Program-made: the position numbers and the translations under genes
Shown: piece by piece, positions 48,267 to 62,103 of the stretch
Position numbering within the stretch: the stretch's first letter is position 1
Layout of the letters: each line of letters opens with the position of its first letter
Assembly: GCA_963707045.1 (NCBI GenBank)
Contig: CAVPOV010000014.1
Location: 62,643-126,642, forward strand
Direction: 5' to 3'
Length of the DNA: 64,000 nucleotides
Source of the DNA: an uncultured delta proteobacterium
GTDB taxonomy: Bacteria; Desulfobacterota; Deferrisomatia; Deferrisomatales; JACRMM01
The notes under the pieces: model-generated
The model's database searches: none
Told to the model about the DNA's origin: nothing
What the model saw: only the letters and a program-made list of their open reading frames with translations

Positions 48267-48941
48267 GTGGGCGACTTCCTCGACGTCCCGCAGTGGGTCC
48301 TGCAAGTGGGCTCCCGGGAGCTGTCGGTCAACGCCGTCACCGTCGTCATGTCGTGGGTCGTGATGGCGATCCTCGTGGTCGTCGGCGCTGCGGTGGCGCG
48401 TCGCCCGCACCTCGTGCCCGGGCCGGTGCAGGGCCTGGTGGAGGTGGTGGTCGAGTCCTTCCGCTCGCTCGTGGACGAGAGCCTCGGCCGGCTAGGCCCC
48501 CGCTACTTCTCGTTCATCACGGCGCTGTTCCTGTTCGTGCTGGTCTCGAACTGGATCGGCATGGTGCCGTGGCTCGAGGAGCCGACCCGGGACCTGAACA
48601 CCGCGCTCGTGCTCGGCGCCCTGGGCTTCGTCGTCACCCACGTGACGGCGGTGCGCGTGAAGGGGTGGCGGGCCTACGCGAGGGAGTACTTCCAGCCCTT
48701 CTTCCTGATGTTCCCCCTGAACGTGATCGGGGAGCTGGCGAAGGTCGTTTCCATCTCGTTTCGCCTGTACGGGAACATCATGGGGGGCGCGATCATTATA
48801 ATGGTGGTGTCGCGGCTGGTGCGGCAGCTCGTGCTGCCCCCGCTGCTCAACGTCTTCTTCGGCGCCTTCGTCGGCACCGTGCAGGCGTTCGTGTTCGCGA
48901 TGCTGACGCTGACCTACATCTCCGTCGCGATCCGGGACTGA
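48267..48941 (+). CDS. atpB: F0F1 ATP synthase subunit a
   Basis: 224-aa clean ORF. ISFRLYGNIMGG contains the conserved stator Arg. Confidence 0.95.
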   Translation: MGDFLDVPQWVLQVGSRELSVNAVTVVMSWVVMAILVVVGAAVARRPHLVPGPVQGLVEVVVESFRSLVDESLGRLGPRYFSFITALFLFVLVSNWIGMVPWLEEPTRDLNTALVLGALGFVVTHVTAVRVKGWRAYAREYFQPFFLMFPLNVIGELAKVVSISFRLYGNIMGGAIIIMVVSRLVRQLVLPPLLNVFFGAFVGTVQAFVFAMLTLTYISVAIRD

Positions 48942-48946
48942 GGGAC

Positions 48947-49681
48947 GTGGACGCGGCCTCCTTCGCGCGGGTCGGGGCGTACCTGGGGGCCGGGGTGTGC
49001 GTGGGGCTCGGGGCCATCGGGGCGGCCCTGGGCGAGGGCTACGCGGCGCGCGCGGCGGTGGAGGGCATCGCCCGGCAGCCCCGGGCGAGCGCGGGGCTGC
49101 TGCGCACCATGCTGGTGGGCCAGGCGGTGGCCGAGTCCGCGAGCATCTTCGCCCTGGTCGTGGGGTTCCTCCTCCTCTTCACGCCGTGGAGTGCGAGGGA
49201 CTACGTGGAGGGCGTCGCCCTGTTCTCGGCGGGCCTGTGCATGGGGGTGGGGGCACTCGGGCCGGGCTTCGGAGCGGGGCAGGCGGGGGCCATGGCGTGT
49301 CAGGGCGTCGCGCGCCAGCCCCAGGCGGCCCAGCCCCTCACCACCGTGATGCTCGTGGGGCAGGCGGTGGCCCAGACCCCGGCCGTGTTCGCGCTGCTCG
49401 TCTCCTTCCTGATCCTGTTTCGGGACTACGGCGAACGGGTGAACCCGCTGGTGGCCTCGGCCGCCCTGCTCGGGGCCGCGGTCGCGACCGGCGTGGGCGC
49501 CGTGGGGCCCGGGGTGGGCGCGGGCTCGGCGGCGGCGGCGGCCTGCGACGCCACCTCCCGGAATCGGGACCAGGCCCCCGCCCTGCTGCGGACGATGCTC
49601 GTGGGCCAGGCGGTCAGCCAGTCCACCAGCATCTACGCCCTGGTGGTGTCCCTTCTCCTTCTCTACGTTCCGTTCCTGTAA
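48947..49681 (+). CDS. fused triple-hairpin ATP synthase c subunit (three tandem c-subunit repeats in one polypeptide)
   Basis: GTG 48947 to TAA 49679-81 with no internal stop. Each repeat carries GxGxGxG plus ARQP/RNRD-loop plus LVGQAV(A/S)(E/Q)... The repeats read ...[14 protein letters not shown] (E63), ...[14 protein letters not shown] (Q143) and ...MLVGQAVSQSTSIY (Q225). Confidence 0.8.
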   Translation: MDAASFARVGAYLGAGVCVGLGAIGAALGEGYAARAAVEGIARQPRASAGLLRTMLVGQAVAESASIFALVVGFLLLFTPWSARDYVEGVALFSAGLCMGVGALGPGFGAGQAGAMACQGVARQPQAAQPLTTVMLVGQAVAQTPAVFALLVSFLILFRDYGERVNPLVASAALLGAAVATGVGAVGPGVGAGSAAAAACDATSRNRDQAPALLRTMLVGQAVSQSTSIYALVVSLLLLYVPFL

Positions 49682-49695
49682 AACGGAGGTGACGC

Positions 49696-49950
49696 ATGGC
49701 CGTCGAAATCTCGGGAGCCGACATCATACGCGCCGCGGCGCTGCTCGGGGCGGGCATCGCCATGGGCTTCGGGGCCATCGGGCCGGGGGTGGGCGAGGGC
49801 TTCGCCGCGGGAAAGGCGTGCGAGGGCATCGCCCGCGCGCCGGAGCACGCGAACCTGCTGACGAGGACGATGCTCGTGGGCCAGGCCGTGGCCGAATCCA
49901 CGGGCATCTACTCCCTGGTCATCGCGCTGCTCCTGATCTTCGTGGTGTGA
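49696..49950 (+). CDS. atpE: F0F1 ATP synthase subunit c (single hairpin)
   Basis: GGAGGT RBS. The sequence is [84 protein letters not shown]. Confidence 0.95.
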   Translation: MAVEISGADIIRAAALLGAGIAMGFGAIGPGVGEGFAAGKACEGIARAPEHANLLTRTMLVGQAVAESTGIYSLVIALLLIFVV

Positions 49951-49984
49951 GCCGGGAAAACGTTTCGGAGCGGGAGAAACGCGT

Positions 49985-50013
49985 TTGAATCGCACAAAGC
50001 GATCGTGTATGCT
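49985..50013 (+). promoter_or_regulatory. candidate internal promoter between atpE and atpF'
   Basis: TTGAAT (49985-90), a 17-bp spacer, then TATGCT (50008-13). It is preceded by the short palindromes AAACGTTT and AAACGCGTTT, and AGGAGG lies at 50041. Confidence 0.4.
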
Positions 50014-50052
50014 CGGCGCCGCTTCGCTCCAGGGCAACCCAGGAGGCCGTCT

Positions 50053-50480
50053 GTGATCAATCTCAACTGCCACGCTGCTCATCCAGCTCGCGAATTTCCT
50101 GCTGCTGATGTTCCTGCTCAACCGCATCCTCTTCCGGCCGATGGTGCGCCTGCTCGACGAGCGGCGGGAGCGCACGGAGGGGCGGAAGAAGAAGGCGGTC
50201 GAGACGGAGGGCCAGGCCCAGGCCATCTGGGACGACTACCAGAAGAAGATCCACGACGCGAAGGCCGAGGCGGACCGCGTGCGGGCCCAGGTGGTGCGCC
50301 GAGGCCGAGGCGGAACGCGAGAAGCTGCTCGAAGGGGCGGCGGCCTCGGCGGAGAAGACGGTGACCCAGGTGCGCGCGCGGGTTCGGGCCGAGGCCGAGG
50401 ACGCCCGCAAGGCGCTGCGCGAAGAGGCCGGGCGCCTCGGGGCCGCCGCGGCCGAACGCATTCTCGGGAGGGCGATGTGA
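50053..50480 (+). pseudogene. atpF: ATP synthase subunit b', with 2 frame changes
   Basis: VINLN then, after an extra T at 50068, ATLLIQLANFLLLMFLLNRILFRPMVRLLDERRERTEG... There is a second switch near 50295. The gene ends ...AAAERILGRAM*. Confidence 0.75.
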
Positions 50481-51072
50481 TGTCGCGCGATTCGATCCGC
50501 CGGGCTTTCGGGCGGCTGCTGGCCCTGGCCGTGCTGGCCGCTCCCGCCGTGGCCGCGGCGAGCGAGGCGGCCGGGGAGGCGGCCGGCAACCCCTGGTACG
50601 ACCTGATCATGAAGTTCGTGAACTTCGCCATCCTCGTCGGGATGCTCTTCTACTTCCTGCGAAAGCCGGTCACGCCAGGGGCTGGCCGACCGCCGCGCCA
50701 CCGTCAAGCGCGAGCTCGAGGAGGCCCTCAAGGCCAAGGAGACACGCGGAGGCGAAGTACCGGGAGTACGGCCAGGGGTGGCGAACCTGGAGGCGGAGAT
50801 CCGCCGCATCCAGGAGGACTTCCAGGTCGAGGGGGAGCGTCAGAAGGACCGGATCGTCGCCGAGGCGCGAGAAGGCGCGCGGAGTCCATCCGCGCCCACG
50901 CGGAGGCGGCCGGCGCCAACGAGGTCAAGCGGGCTACCGGACGAGCTTCGCGCCGAGGTGGGGCGGCTCGCGGTGGAGCTCGCCGAGCAGCTGCTGGTCA
51001 AGGCCTACACCGCCAAAGACCAGGAACACGCCGTCAAGCTCACCATCGAAGAACGTCGAGGGGCTCAATTGA
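50480..51072 (+). pseudogene. atpF: ATP synthase subunit b, with several frame changes
   Basis: The ATG overlaps the previous stop (TGATG). The sequence is MSRDSIRRAFGRLLALAVLAAPAVA...WYDLIMKFVNFAILVGMLFYFLRKPV, followed by coiled-coil segments (VANLEAEIRRIQEDFQVEGERQKDRIVAEAREGA, LAVELAEQLLVKAYTAKDQEHAVKLTIE) in other frames. Confidence 0.75.
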
Positions 51073-51604
51073 TTCGCACCCGCATTGCCCAGCGCTACAC
51101 CAAGGCCCTGTTCGAACTGGCCCAGGAAGCCGGGCAGACCACGGAAGTCGCGGAGCAGACTCCAGGCCGTCAGACGGCGTCCTGTCCGAGCAGGAGGACC
51201 TGCGCACGGCACTGCTCAGCCCCGTGCTGACGCGGACCGCGAAGGCGGAGGTGCTCGAGGCGCTGCTCGGGGCGGCGGCCTTCGACCCGCTCGTGGCCAA
51301 CTTCCTCCGCGTGCTCCTGGAGGCCCGCAAGCTCCGCTACCTGGGCGACGTCCTGGGTGCCTACCGCGACATGGTGGACGACGCGGAGCGGCCGGGTCCA
51401 CGGCGAGGCCGTGACCCCGCAGGCCCTGAGGCCTCGGAGGTCGCACGCCCTGACCGCGGCCCTGGCCAAGGCGCTCGGCAAGGAAGTGGAGCTCGAGGCC
51501 CGGGTCAGGACCCCGTCCCTGCTCGGCGGCGTGGTGGCCCGGGTGGGCAACCTGGTGTTCGACGGAAGCCTTCGCACCCAGCTCGAGCGATCAAGGAAAT
51601 CTGA
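51069..51604 (+). pseudogene. atpH: ATP synthase subunit delta, with several frame changes
   Basis: IRTRIAQRYTKALFELAQEAGQ, ...[19 protein letters not shown]...[27 protein letters not shown] and ...[24 protein letters not shown] lie in different frames. Confidence 0.75.
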
Positions 51605-51622
51605 CCAAGGGGTGACTAGACG

Positions 51623-53148
<1,526 letters not shown>

Positions 53149-53167
53149 CCGCCGGGGAGCGTGACGC

Positions 53168-54043
<876 letters not shown>

Positions 54044-54083
54044 TAGATACTTCGCATACCATTTGGAAGGAGGCAGTAAGCCC

Positions 54084-55941
<1,858 letters not shown>

Positions 55942-55969
55942 GACCGCCTCCGCCGCGCACGAACGCAAG

Positions 55970-56002
55970 ACGGGCGGCCCACCGGGCCGCCCGTTCTCTT
56001 TT
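55970..56002. terminator. GC-rich hairpin between convergent genes (candidate bidirectional terminator)
   Basis: ACGGGCGGCCC-ACC-GGGCCGCCCGT (55970-55994) is followed by TCTCTTTTCC. It sits between the atpC stop (55941) and the stop of the minus-strand gene at 56024. Confidence 0.6.
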
Positions 56003-56023
56003 CCCCGCCGCGCCGCCGGCCCG

Positions 56024-56572
56024 CTACTCGCCCTCCGCCTCCCGGACCACCTCCCCGCGCAGCTTGGGCCCCTTCTCCCCTTCCACCACCGAGAAGCGGA
56101 CGCCGAGGACCTTCGGCTGGGACAGCCGCCGCCGGACCTCGGCCAGGATCCGCCCCCGCAGCTCCTCCGAGGAGGGGGCGCCGCCGCGGTCGCCGAGGGC
56201 CTTGGCCACGGCGCGCTGGATGCGGTCCACGTAGCGGTTGAGGACCCGGTCGTCCTCCAGGGACGCCCGGTCGAAGAGGCAGGACGAAGCGCCGTTGCCC
56301 TCCGGGCCGGCGTCCCGGGCACGGTTGTTCCGCATGTCCACCAGGTGGCGAACCTGCGCCTCCAGTGCCTGGAAGCGGTGGGCGAGGCCCTGGGCGCGGA
56401 AGCGCTGCACCGTGGCGGTCCACGGGTGACGGGTCGCGCCCATGATCTCGCGCTGGACCTCGTCGTGGAGGGCGATCGGCTCCCCGCGGCGCTTGCCGGC
56501 GAGGAAGAGGTCGTACTCGCGCTTGAGGCGGTCGATCTTCCGGGCGAGCTTTTCGAGTTCGTCGGTCGCCAC
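56024..56572 (-). CDS. hypothetical protein (coiled-coil N-terminus)
   Basis: 182-aa ORF from GTG 56572: VATDELEKLARKIDRLKREYDLFLAGKRRGEP... No family was confidently recognised. Confidence 0.5.
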   Translation of the reverse strand: MATDELEKLARKIDRLKREYDLFLAGKRRGEPIALHDEVQREIMGATRHPWTATVQRFRAQGLAHRFQALEAQVRHLVDMRNNRARDAGPEGNGASSCLFDRASLEDDRVLNRYVDRIQRAVAKALGDRGGAPSSEELRGRILAEVRRRLSQPKVLGVRFSVVEGEKGPKLRGEVVREAEGE

Positions 56573-56580
56573 CGGGTTTC

Positions 56581-57781
56581 TCAGCAGGTGCAGACGGCCG
56601 TGGGCGCGTCCCCTTCGGCGAAGGGAGAGATGGCCCGCAGCCGCTCGATGATCGGGGGCAGCTCCCGCACGACGAAGTCGACCTCCTCCTCGGTGTTGTA
56701 GCGGCTCAGGCTGAAGCGGATCGAGCCGTGGGCGTAGGTGAAGGGCACGCCCATGGCGCGCAGCACGTGCGAGGGCTCCAGGCTGCCGGAGGTGCAGGCC
56801 GAGCCCGGAGCTGGCGCAGATGCCGAGCTCGTCCAGGAGCAGCAGGATCGCCTCGCCCTCGACGAACTCGAAGCTGATGTTGGTGGTGTTGGGCAGGCGG
56901 TTCGGCCGGGTCGCCGTTGAGCCGGGCGTCCGGGACCGCCGGCCAGCAGGCCCCTCTCGAGCCGGTCGCGCAGGGCTCGCGACCCGGGTGTTCTCCTCCT
57001 CGAGGTTGCGGCCCGCCAGCTCGCAGGCCTTGCCCAGGCCGACGATCGCGGCGACGTTCTCCGTGCCGCCGCGCCGGCCGCGCTCCTGGTGGCCGCCGAC
57101 GAGGAACGGCCGGAACGGCGTGCCCTTGCGCCGGACGTACAGGGCGCCGACGCCCTTGGGGGCGTGGAGCTTGTGGCCGGAGAGCACGAGGAAGTCCACG
57201 GGCAGCGTCTCGATGTCCAGCGGGAGCTTGCCCGACCGCCTGCACCGCGTCGGTGTGGAACGAGGATGCCGCCGCTCTTGACGATCTCGGCCGACCTCCT
57301 CGACCGGGAAGATCACGCCGGTCTCGTTGTTGGCCTACATGATCGAGACCAGGGCGGTGTCGTCCCGGAGGCTCGCCGCGGAGCTCGTCCAGGTCGAGCA
57401 TCCCCTGCGCCGTCCACCCCGAGCAGGGTGACGTGGTAGCCCTTCTTCACCAGGTGGTTGGCGAGGTCGAGCACCGCCGGGTGCTCGACCCTGGTGGTGA
57501 CGACGTGGCGCTTGTCCGGCTGGGCCTCCAGGGCGGAACGGATGGCCGTGTTGTCGCTCTCGGTGCCGCAGCAGGTGAAGACGATCTCGCTCGGCGTCGC
57601 GCCCAGCAGGGCCGCCACCTGCTCCCGCGCCTGCCGCGACCTTGCGCGCCGACCTGGCCGCCGAAGCTGTGCATGCTCGAGGGGTTGCCGTAGAGCTCGC
57701 TGAAGTAGGGCGAGCATCGCCTCGAGCACCTCCGGGGCCACCCGGGTGGTGGCGTTGTTGTCGAGGTAGATGGGCGTTCAT
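56581..57781 (-). pseudogene. nifS: cysteine desulfurase NifS/IscS family, with many frame changes plus an in-frame TAG
   Basis: Segments YLDNNATTRVAPEVLEAM, YGNPSSMHSFGGQ, EIVFTCCGTESDNTAI, LSGHKLHAPKGVGALYVR and ...HGSIRFSLSRYNTEEEVDFV lie across three frames. SIM*ANNETG has TAG (57335-57337) where homologues have Trp. Confidence 0.85.
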
Positions 57782-57784
57782 CAC

Positions 57785-58635
57785 TCATACCTCCACGACC
57801 TGGATGTTCGGCGTCCACGACCTCCTTGAGGCGTCGCCTCCACCCCGCTCCTTGAGGGTGATCTGGCTCGACGGGCAGTGGGCGCAGGCGCCGCGCAGGC
57901 TCACGAACACCTCGGTCGCCGTCCACGTCGACCAGCTCGATGTCGCCGCCGTCGGCCTGCAGGCTGGGCCGGATCTCCTCGTCGATCACCTTCTGCGACC
58001 AGCTGGATGCTTCTGCATGTTGGTGAGCTTGCGTCGGCGCCGCGGCCGGCTTCGCCTCGCGCTGCGCTTCCGCGCGCCGCAGCGCCTCGGCCAGGATCTC
58101 CTCGATCGTCGGGCAGGCAGCGCCGCAGCCGCCGCCGGCCTTGGTGTAGTGGGTGACGTCCTCGACGGTGCTGAGGTCGTTCTCCCCGACCGCCCGGCGG
58201 ATCTGGTCCTCGGTGACGCCGAAGCAGTTGCAGACCACCTCGCCCTCGAGCTCCTGCTTGGGCGTCTCGCCGCCGCGGTAGTTCGTCGATCGCCGCCTCG
58301 AGCGCCTCGCGGCCCATCACCGAGCAGTGCATCTTCTCCTCGGGCAGGCCGCCCAGGTACTCGGCGATGTCCTTGTTGGTGATCTGCGCGGCCTCCTCGA
58401 GGGTCTTGCCCTTGACCATCTCGGTGAGCGCCGAGCTGGAGGCGATGGCGCTGCCGCAGCCGAAGGTCTGGAACTTGGCGTCGGCGATCCGCTCGTCCTC
58501 GAGCTTGAAGGTACAGCCGCAGCGCGTCGCCGCAGGCCAGGGAGCCGACCTCGCCGACGCCGTCGGGGTCTCCATCTCGCCCACGTTGCGGGGGTTCAGG
58601 AAGTGGTCCTTGACCTTGTCGGTGTAGTCCCACAT
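57785..58635 (-). pseudogene. nifU: full-length NifU-type Fe-S cluster scaffold (IscU-like N domain, central 2Fe-2S domain, Nfu-like C domain), with several frame changes
   Basis: [20 protein letters not shown].., [54 protein letters not shown]...AGGGCGAC and [19 protein letters not shown] lie in shifting frames. Confidence 0.85.
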
Positions 58636-58728
58636 GGGGCGCTACCTCGCGGAAAGGGCTGGTTCAGGGGGTTCGCGTTCGGGAAAACGAGGAGGCAATT
58701 TAACAAGGCGTCCGGAGTCTGTCAAAGC

Positions 58729-59796
58729 TCATTGCCCGCCCAGCAACCGCGTCGATCTCGGGCCTCGAGCACCCCCAGATCGGTGTCGCCGGACCGGGCG
58801 TGGGCCACCCTGCCCCCGGCGTCGAACGAGGACCACGGTCGGGGTCACCCGGACGCCGAGCGCCTGGGAGAGGTCCCCGTCGTCGCGCACGGGTCGTCGA
58901 GGAGGCAGGGCAGGGCGGCGTGGGGGGCGACGAACCGCTCCACCCGGGTGAGCAGTTGGACCGAGTCGACGTTGACCGCGTAGGAGGCGAGCCCCCGGGC
59001 CCGGTATCGCTCCGCAGAGCGCCACCAGCCGGGGATACTCGCTGCGGCACGGCCGGCAGTAGAGGCTCCAGAAGAACAGGAGGGCCGGGCGCCCGGAGGG
59101 GAGCTCCACGGGCAGCCCTGCGAGGTTCGCGGCCCGCAGGGGGCCGACGGCCTGCCCGGGCTGGGCGAGCTGCGCGCCCGCCGGCGCGAAGGCCGTGGCG
59201 CCCCCGCGGGACGCGAGGGTGACGTCCTCGGCCTCCCCCTTGCGCAGCAGGCTGCGCACCTTGGCTTCGAAGGCCCGCTCGTCCCCGGGGCGGTACCCCT
59301 CCTGGTACAGCCGGATCCAGCCCTCCCGGTCGACGATGACCGTGACCGGGAGCAGTTCGACGTTGTAGGCCTGGACGATCTCCTGGCGCGGGTCCCGCAC
59401 GACGGGGTAGGGCGGGGAGATCCCCGCCTTCTTCAGGAACGAGGCGACGCGCTCCGAGGAGAAGACGTCGGTGTTGACGCTCAGCACCGCCAGCCCGTCA
59501 GCGGCGTAGCGCCGGTACAGTTCCTCGATGTGGGGCATCTCCTCCAGGCACGACTTGCAGAAGATGCTCCAGAACTCGAGCAGGACGACGTGGGTGCCCA
59601 CGAGGTCCGCGAGCCGCACCGGAGAGCCGTCGAGGGTGCGCGCCGCGAAGGCCGGCGCGAGGGAGTTCACCTCCACGACGACGCTCTCGCCCTCGGTCTT
59701 CTCCTGCAGGCCGGCGCCGTCGTCCCCGGGGCGGCAGCCCGGCGCGGTGCCGAGGACGAGGATCGCGCACAGGGCGGGGAGCAGGGTCCGTCTCAT
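58729..59796 (-). pseudogene. lipoprotein with two tandem thioredoxin-fold (TlpA-like) domains; the second domain has frame changes
   Basis: MRRTLLPALCAILVLGTAPGC carries a lipobox. Domain 1 is VVLLEFWSIFCKSCLEEMP. Domain 2 is ALLFFWSLYCRPCRSEYP. Downstream of about 59050 the sequence alternates between frames (RYRARGLASYAVNVD.. versus the listed ORF). Confidence 0.7.
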
Positions 59797-59828
59797 CCCC
59801 GCAGGATACGGAAGCCCGGGTAGACCGG

Positions 59829-60731
59829 TCAAAACGTTCCGCAGGCGGGGGGCCGGGGAGGTCGTCGCCCCCAGAAGTACGCGACCCCCGGCAGGTCGAA
59901 GCGGGCGAAGGGCGAAACACCGTCGGGCCCCGGCGAGAGTCGGCGGCGCACGAGGTCGGGGGGGATGCCCCGCTCCGCCGCCAGCTTCCGGAAGATCGCC
60001 TCGCCCGCGGCGGCGAGGTCCTCGGGCCCGGGCCAGGCCGCGACCTCCGCCTCCACCCGCTCGATCGCGCGCCGGGTGAGTTCCACCCAGCGGCGGGCAC
60101 CGTCGCCGACCCGCACCTCGCGGTGCCCGGTCACCAGGGTGCGGAAGGGGAGCGCCAGCAAGGAGTCGAGGCTGCGGCGGTAGGTGTCGCCGTCGCGGAA
60201 GCAGACCCAAGGGCTGGGGTAGAACGCCTCCTCCCACGATTCCCCTTTGGGCTGCACGAGGTCTCCCGGGAAGAGGACCGGCGGGGCCTCCGCCCAGAAC
60301 GACAGATCGTCGCCCCGGGGGGAGTGGCCCGGCGTGGGGATCGCCAGCACCCCCGGGCCGGCCGGAAGCGCGCGCACTGCGTCCACGGGTTCGTCGGGAT
60401 CGGCCGGCCCCCCGGGGTGCGCGGCCACCCGGAGGCCGGGGCCGAGCGCCTCGCGGAACACGGCGAGGTTGGCGACGTGGTCGGGGTGGCCGTGGGTGAC
60501 CAGGACCCACCGCACCGGCTTGCCGGTCTGCCCCACCAGGGCCAGCACGTCGGCCAGCGGGCCGAGAGGGGAGGAGGCGGTGCCCGCCGGTTCGTCCCCG
60601 GGGTCCACCACCGCCAGGTGATCTCCTCCCTCGAGCACCGCGGCCCGCCCGGACGTGATCCAGACGCCCGGTGCGAGCTCCCTCCGCCCGGGGCCGGGTC
60701 GAGGCTCCGAGCCGCTCCAGCGCCGCGCCAT
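59829..60731 (-). CDS. MBL-fold metallo-hydrolase
   Basis: The start is taken at ATG 60731. VLVTHGHPDHVANL is the HxHxDH motif, and TPGHSPG-like (TPGHSPRGD) lies downstream. Confidence 0.8.
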   Translation of the reverse strand: MARRWSGSEPRPGPGRRELAPGVWITSGRAAVLEGGDHLAVVDPGDEPAGTASSPLGPLADVLALVGQTGKPVRWVLVTHGHPDHVANLAVFREALGPGLRVAAHPGGPADPDEPVDAVRALPAGPGVLAIPTPGHSPRGDDLSFWAEAPPVLFPGDLVQPKGESWEEAFYPSPWVCFRDGDTYRRSLDSLLALPFRTLVTGHREVRVGDGARRWVELTRRAIERVEAEVAAWPGPEDLAAAGEAIFRKLAAERGIPPDLVRRRLSPGPDGVSPFARFDLPGVAYFWGRRPPRPPACGTF

Positions 60732-60867
60732 GGGACCCCCTGGGGTACGGCTCCCCGCCTTGAGTTCTCCCCGGATCTCCCTTACTCTGCTCGCGGTGGT
60801 TTCCCGGCTCCGGCAAGGGGAAATCGGTTCCCGGACGGGGCGCCGGCCAGAGAGGGAGACGTCGCGC

Positions 60868-61530
60868 GTGGACTCTAGCGATCGCCTGCGGACCCTGTCA
60901 AACGGGGGGTCGGCTCCGGTGCGCGTCCTGTGCATCTACGGCAGTCCCCGCCTCCACGGGAACACGGACGGGCTGATGGACGCCTTCGCGGAGGGGGTGG
61001 AGGAGGCGGGCGGCGTGGCCGAACGCGTCTACCTGCGCAACCTGAAGATATCCCCGTGCCGGGAGATCTACGCCTGCCGGGACGAGGGGCGCTGCGCCCT
61101 GCGGGACGACATGCAGCCCCTGTACGACGCGCTGCGGGACGCGGAGGCCGTGGCCCTGGCCAGCCCCATCATGTTCTACTCGGTGAGCGCCCACACCAAG
61201 GCGTTCATGGACCGGTGCCAGGCCTTCTGGTGCGTCAAGTACCTGCGCAAGGAGTCGGTCAACCGCAGCCGGCTTCCCCTGCGCAAGGGGGTCTTCCTCA
61301 GCGTGGGAGGATCCCGCGGGCAGAAGATCTTCGACGGCGCGCTCCTCACCTTCCGCTACTTCCTCGACACCCTCGACGCAGAGCCGTGGAAGTGGCTCAC
61401 CTACCGCGAGATCGACGAGAAGGGCGACATCGAGCGCCACCCCGGGGCGCTCGCGGAGGCACGGGCCCTGGGCGGCGAGCTGGTGGCCGTCGTCCGGCGC
61501 GACCTGGAGGAGGCCGCGCGTGGCTCGTGA
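60868..61530 (+). CDS. NADPH-dependent FMN reductase / iron-sulfur flavoprotein family
   Basis: VRVLCIYGSPRLHGNTDGLMDAFAEG... is the flavodoxin-like pattern, with PCREIYACRDEGRC as a Cys cluster. The start is GTG 60868 or GTG 60919. Confidence 0.7.
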   Translation: MDSSDRLRTLSNGGSAPVRVLCIYGSPRLHGNTDGLMDAFAEGVEEAGGVAERVYLRNLKISPCREIYACRDEGRCALRDDMQPLYDALRDAEAVALASPIMFYSVSAHTKAFMDRCQAFWCVKYLRKESVNRSRLPLRKGVFLSVGGSRGQKIFDGALLTFRYFLDTLDAEPWKWLTYREIDEKGDIERHPGALAEARALGGELVAVVRRDLEEAARGS

Positions 61531-61987
61531 TCGAAGGGCCGGGGCCGCCGATCGGCTCGCGACGGCCCGGCAGCGGCTCGAACTCTATCTGAAGGGCAAG
61601 GGGCTGCGGGCCACCCGCCAGCGGGACGCCATCCTCCAGGTGTTCCTCGAGGGGGACCGCCACGTGAGCGTGGAGGAGCTCTACGCTCGGGTGCGGCAGC
61701 TCTGGCCTTCCATCGGGCACACCACGGTCTACCGGAACATGAGCCTGTTCGTGGAGGCGGGGATCGCGAAGGAGCGCCGATTCCACGAGGGCCGGATGCG
61801 CTACGAGCCGGGGGTCGACGTCGGCCACCACGACCACCTCGTGTGTCTGGACTGCGGAGCGATCCAGGAGTTCGAGGACGCCACCATCGAGGCCATCCAG
61901 CGCGAGATCGCGGGGAGGAAGGGGTTCCTCGTCCGCTACCACCGCCTCGAGCTGTACGGTCTCTGTCCCCGGTGCCAGGGGGAGTGA
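61520..61987 (+). CDS. Fur-family metalloregulator (Fur, Zur or PerR not resolved)
   Basis: LRATRQRDAILQVFLEGDRHVSVEELY is the wHTH. HHDHLVCLDCG...CPRC provides the two CxxC zinc-site pairs. It overlaps the upstream gene by 11 nt. Confidence 0.9.
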   Translation: MARDRRAGAADRLATARQRLELYLKGKGLRATRQRDAILQVFLEGDRHVSVEELYARVRQLWPSIGHTTVYRNMSLFVEAGIAKERRFHEGRMRYEPGVDVGHHDHLVCLDCGAIQEFEDATIEAIQREIAGRKGFLVRYHRLELYGLCPRCQGE

Positions 61988-62103
61988 GCCTCCCCGGGAG
62001 GCGCGCGACCGAACCCCACGGGCCATCCGGACAAAGTCGCGGCGTTTGACCGGGAAGTGCTCCGGTGTTATAAGCACCGTTCCGGTCAACAATACCGGCA
62101 TAG

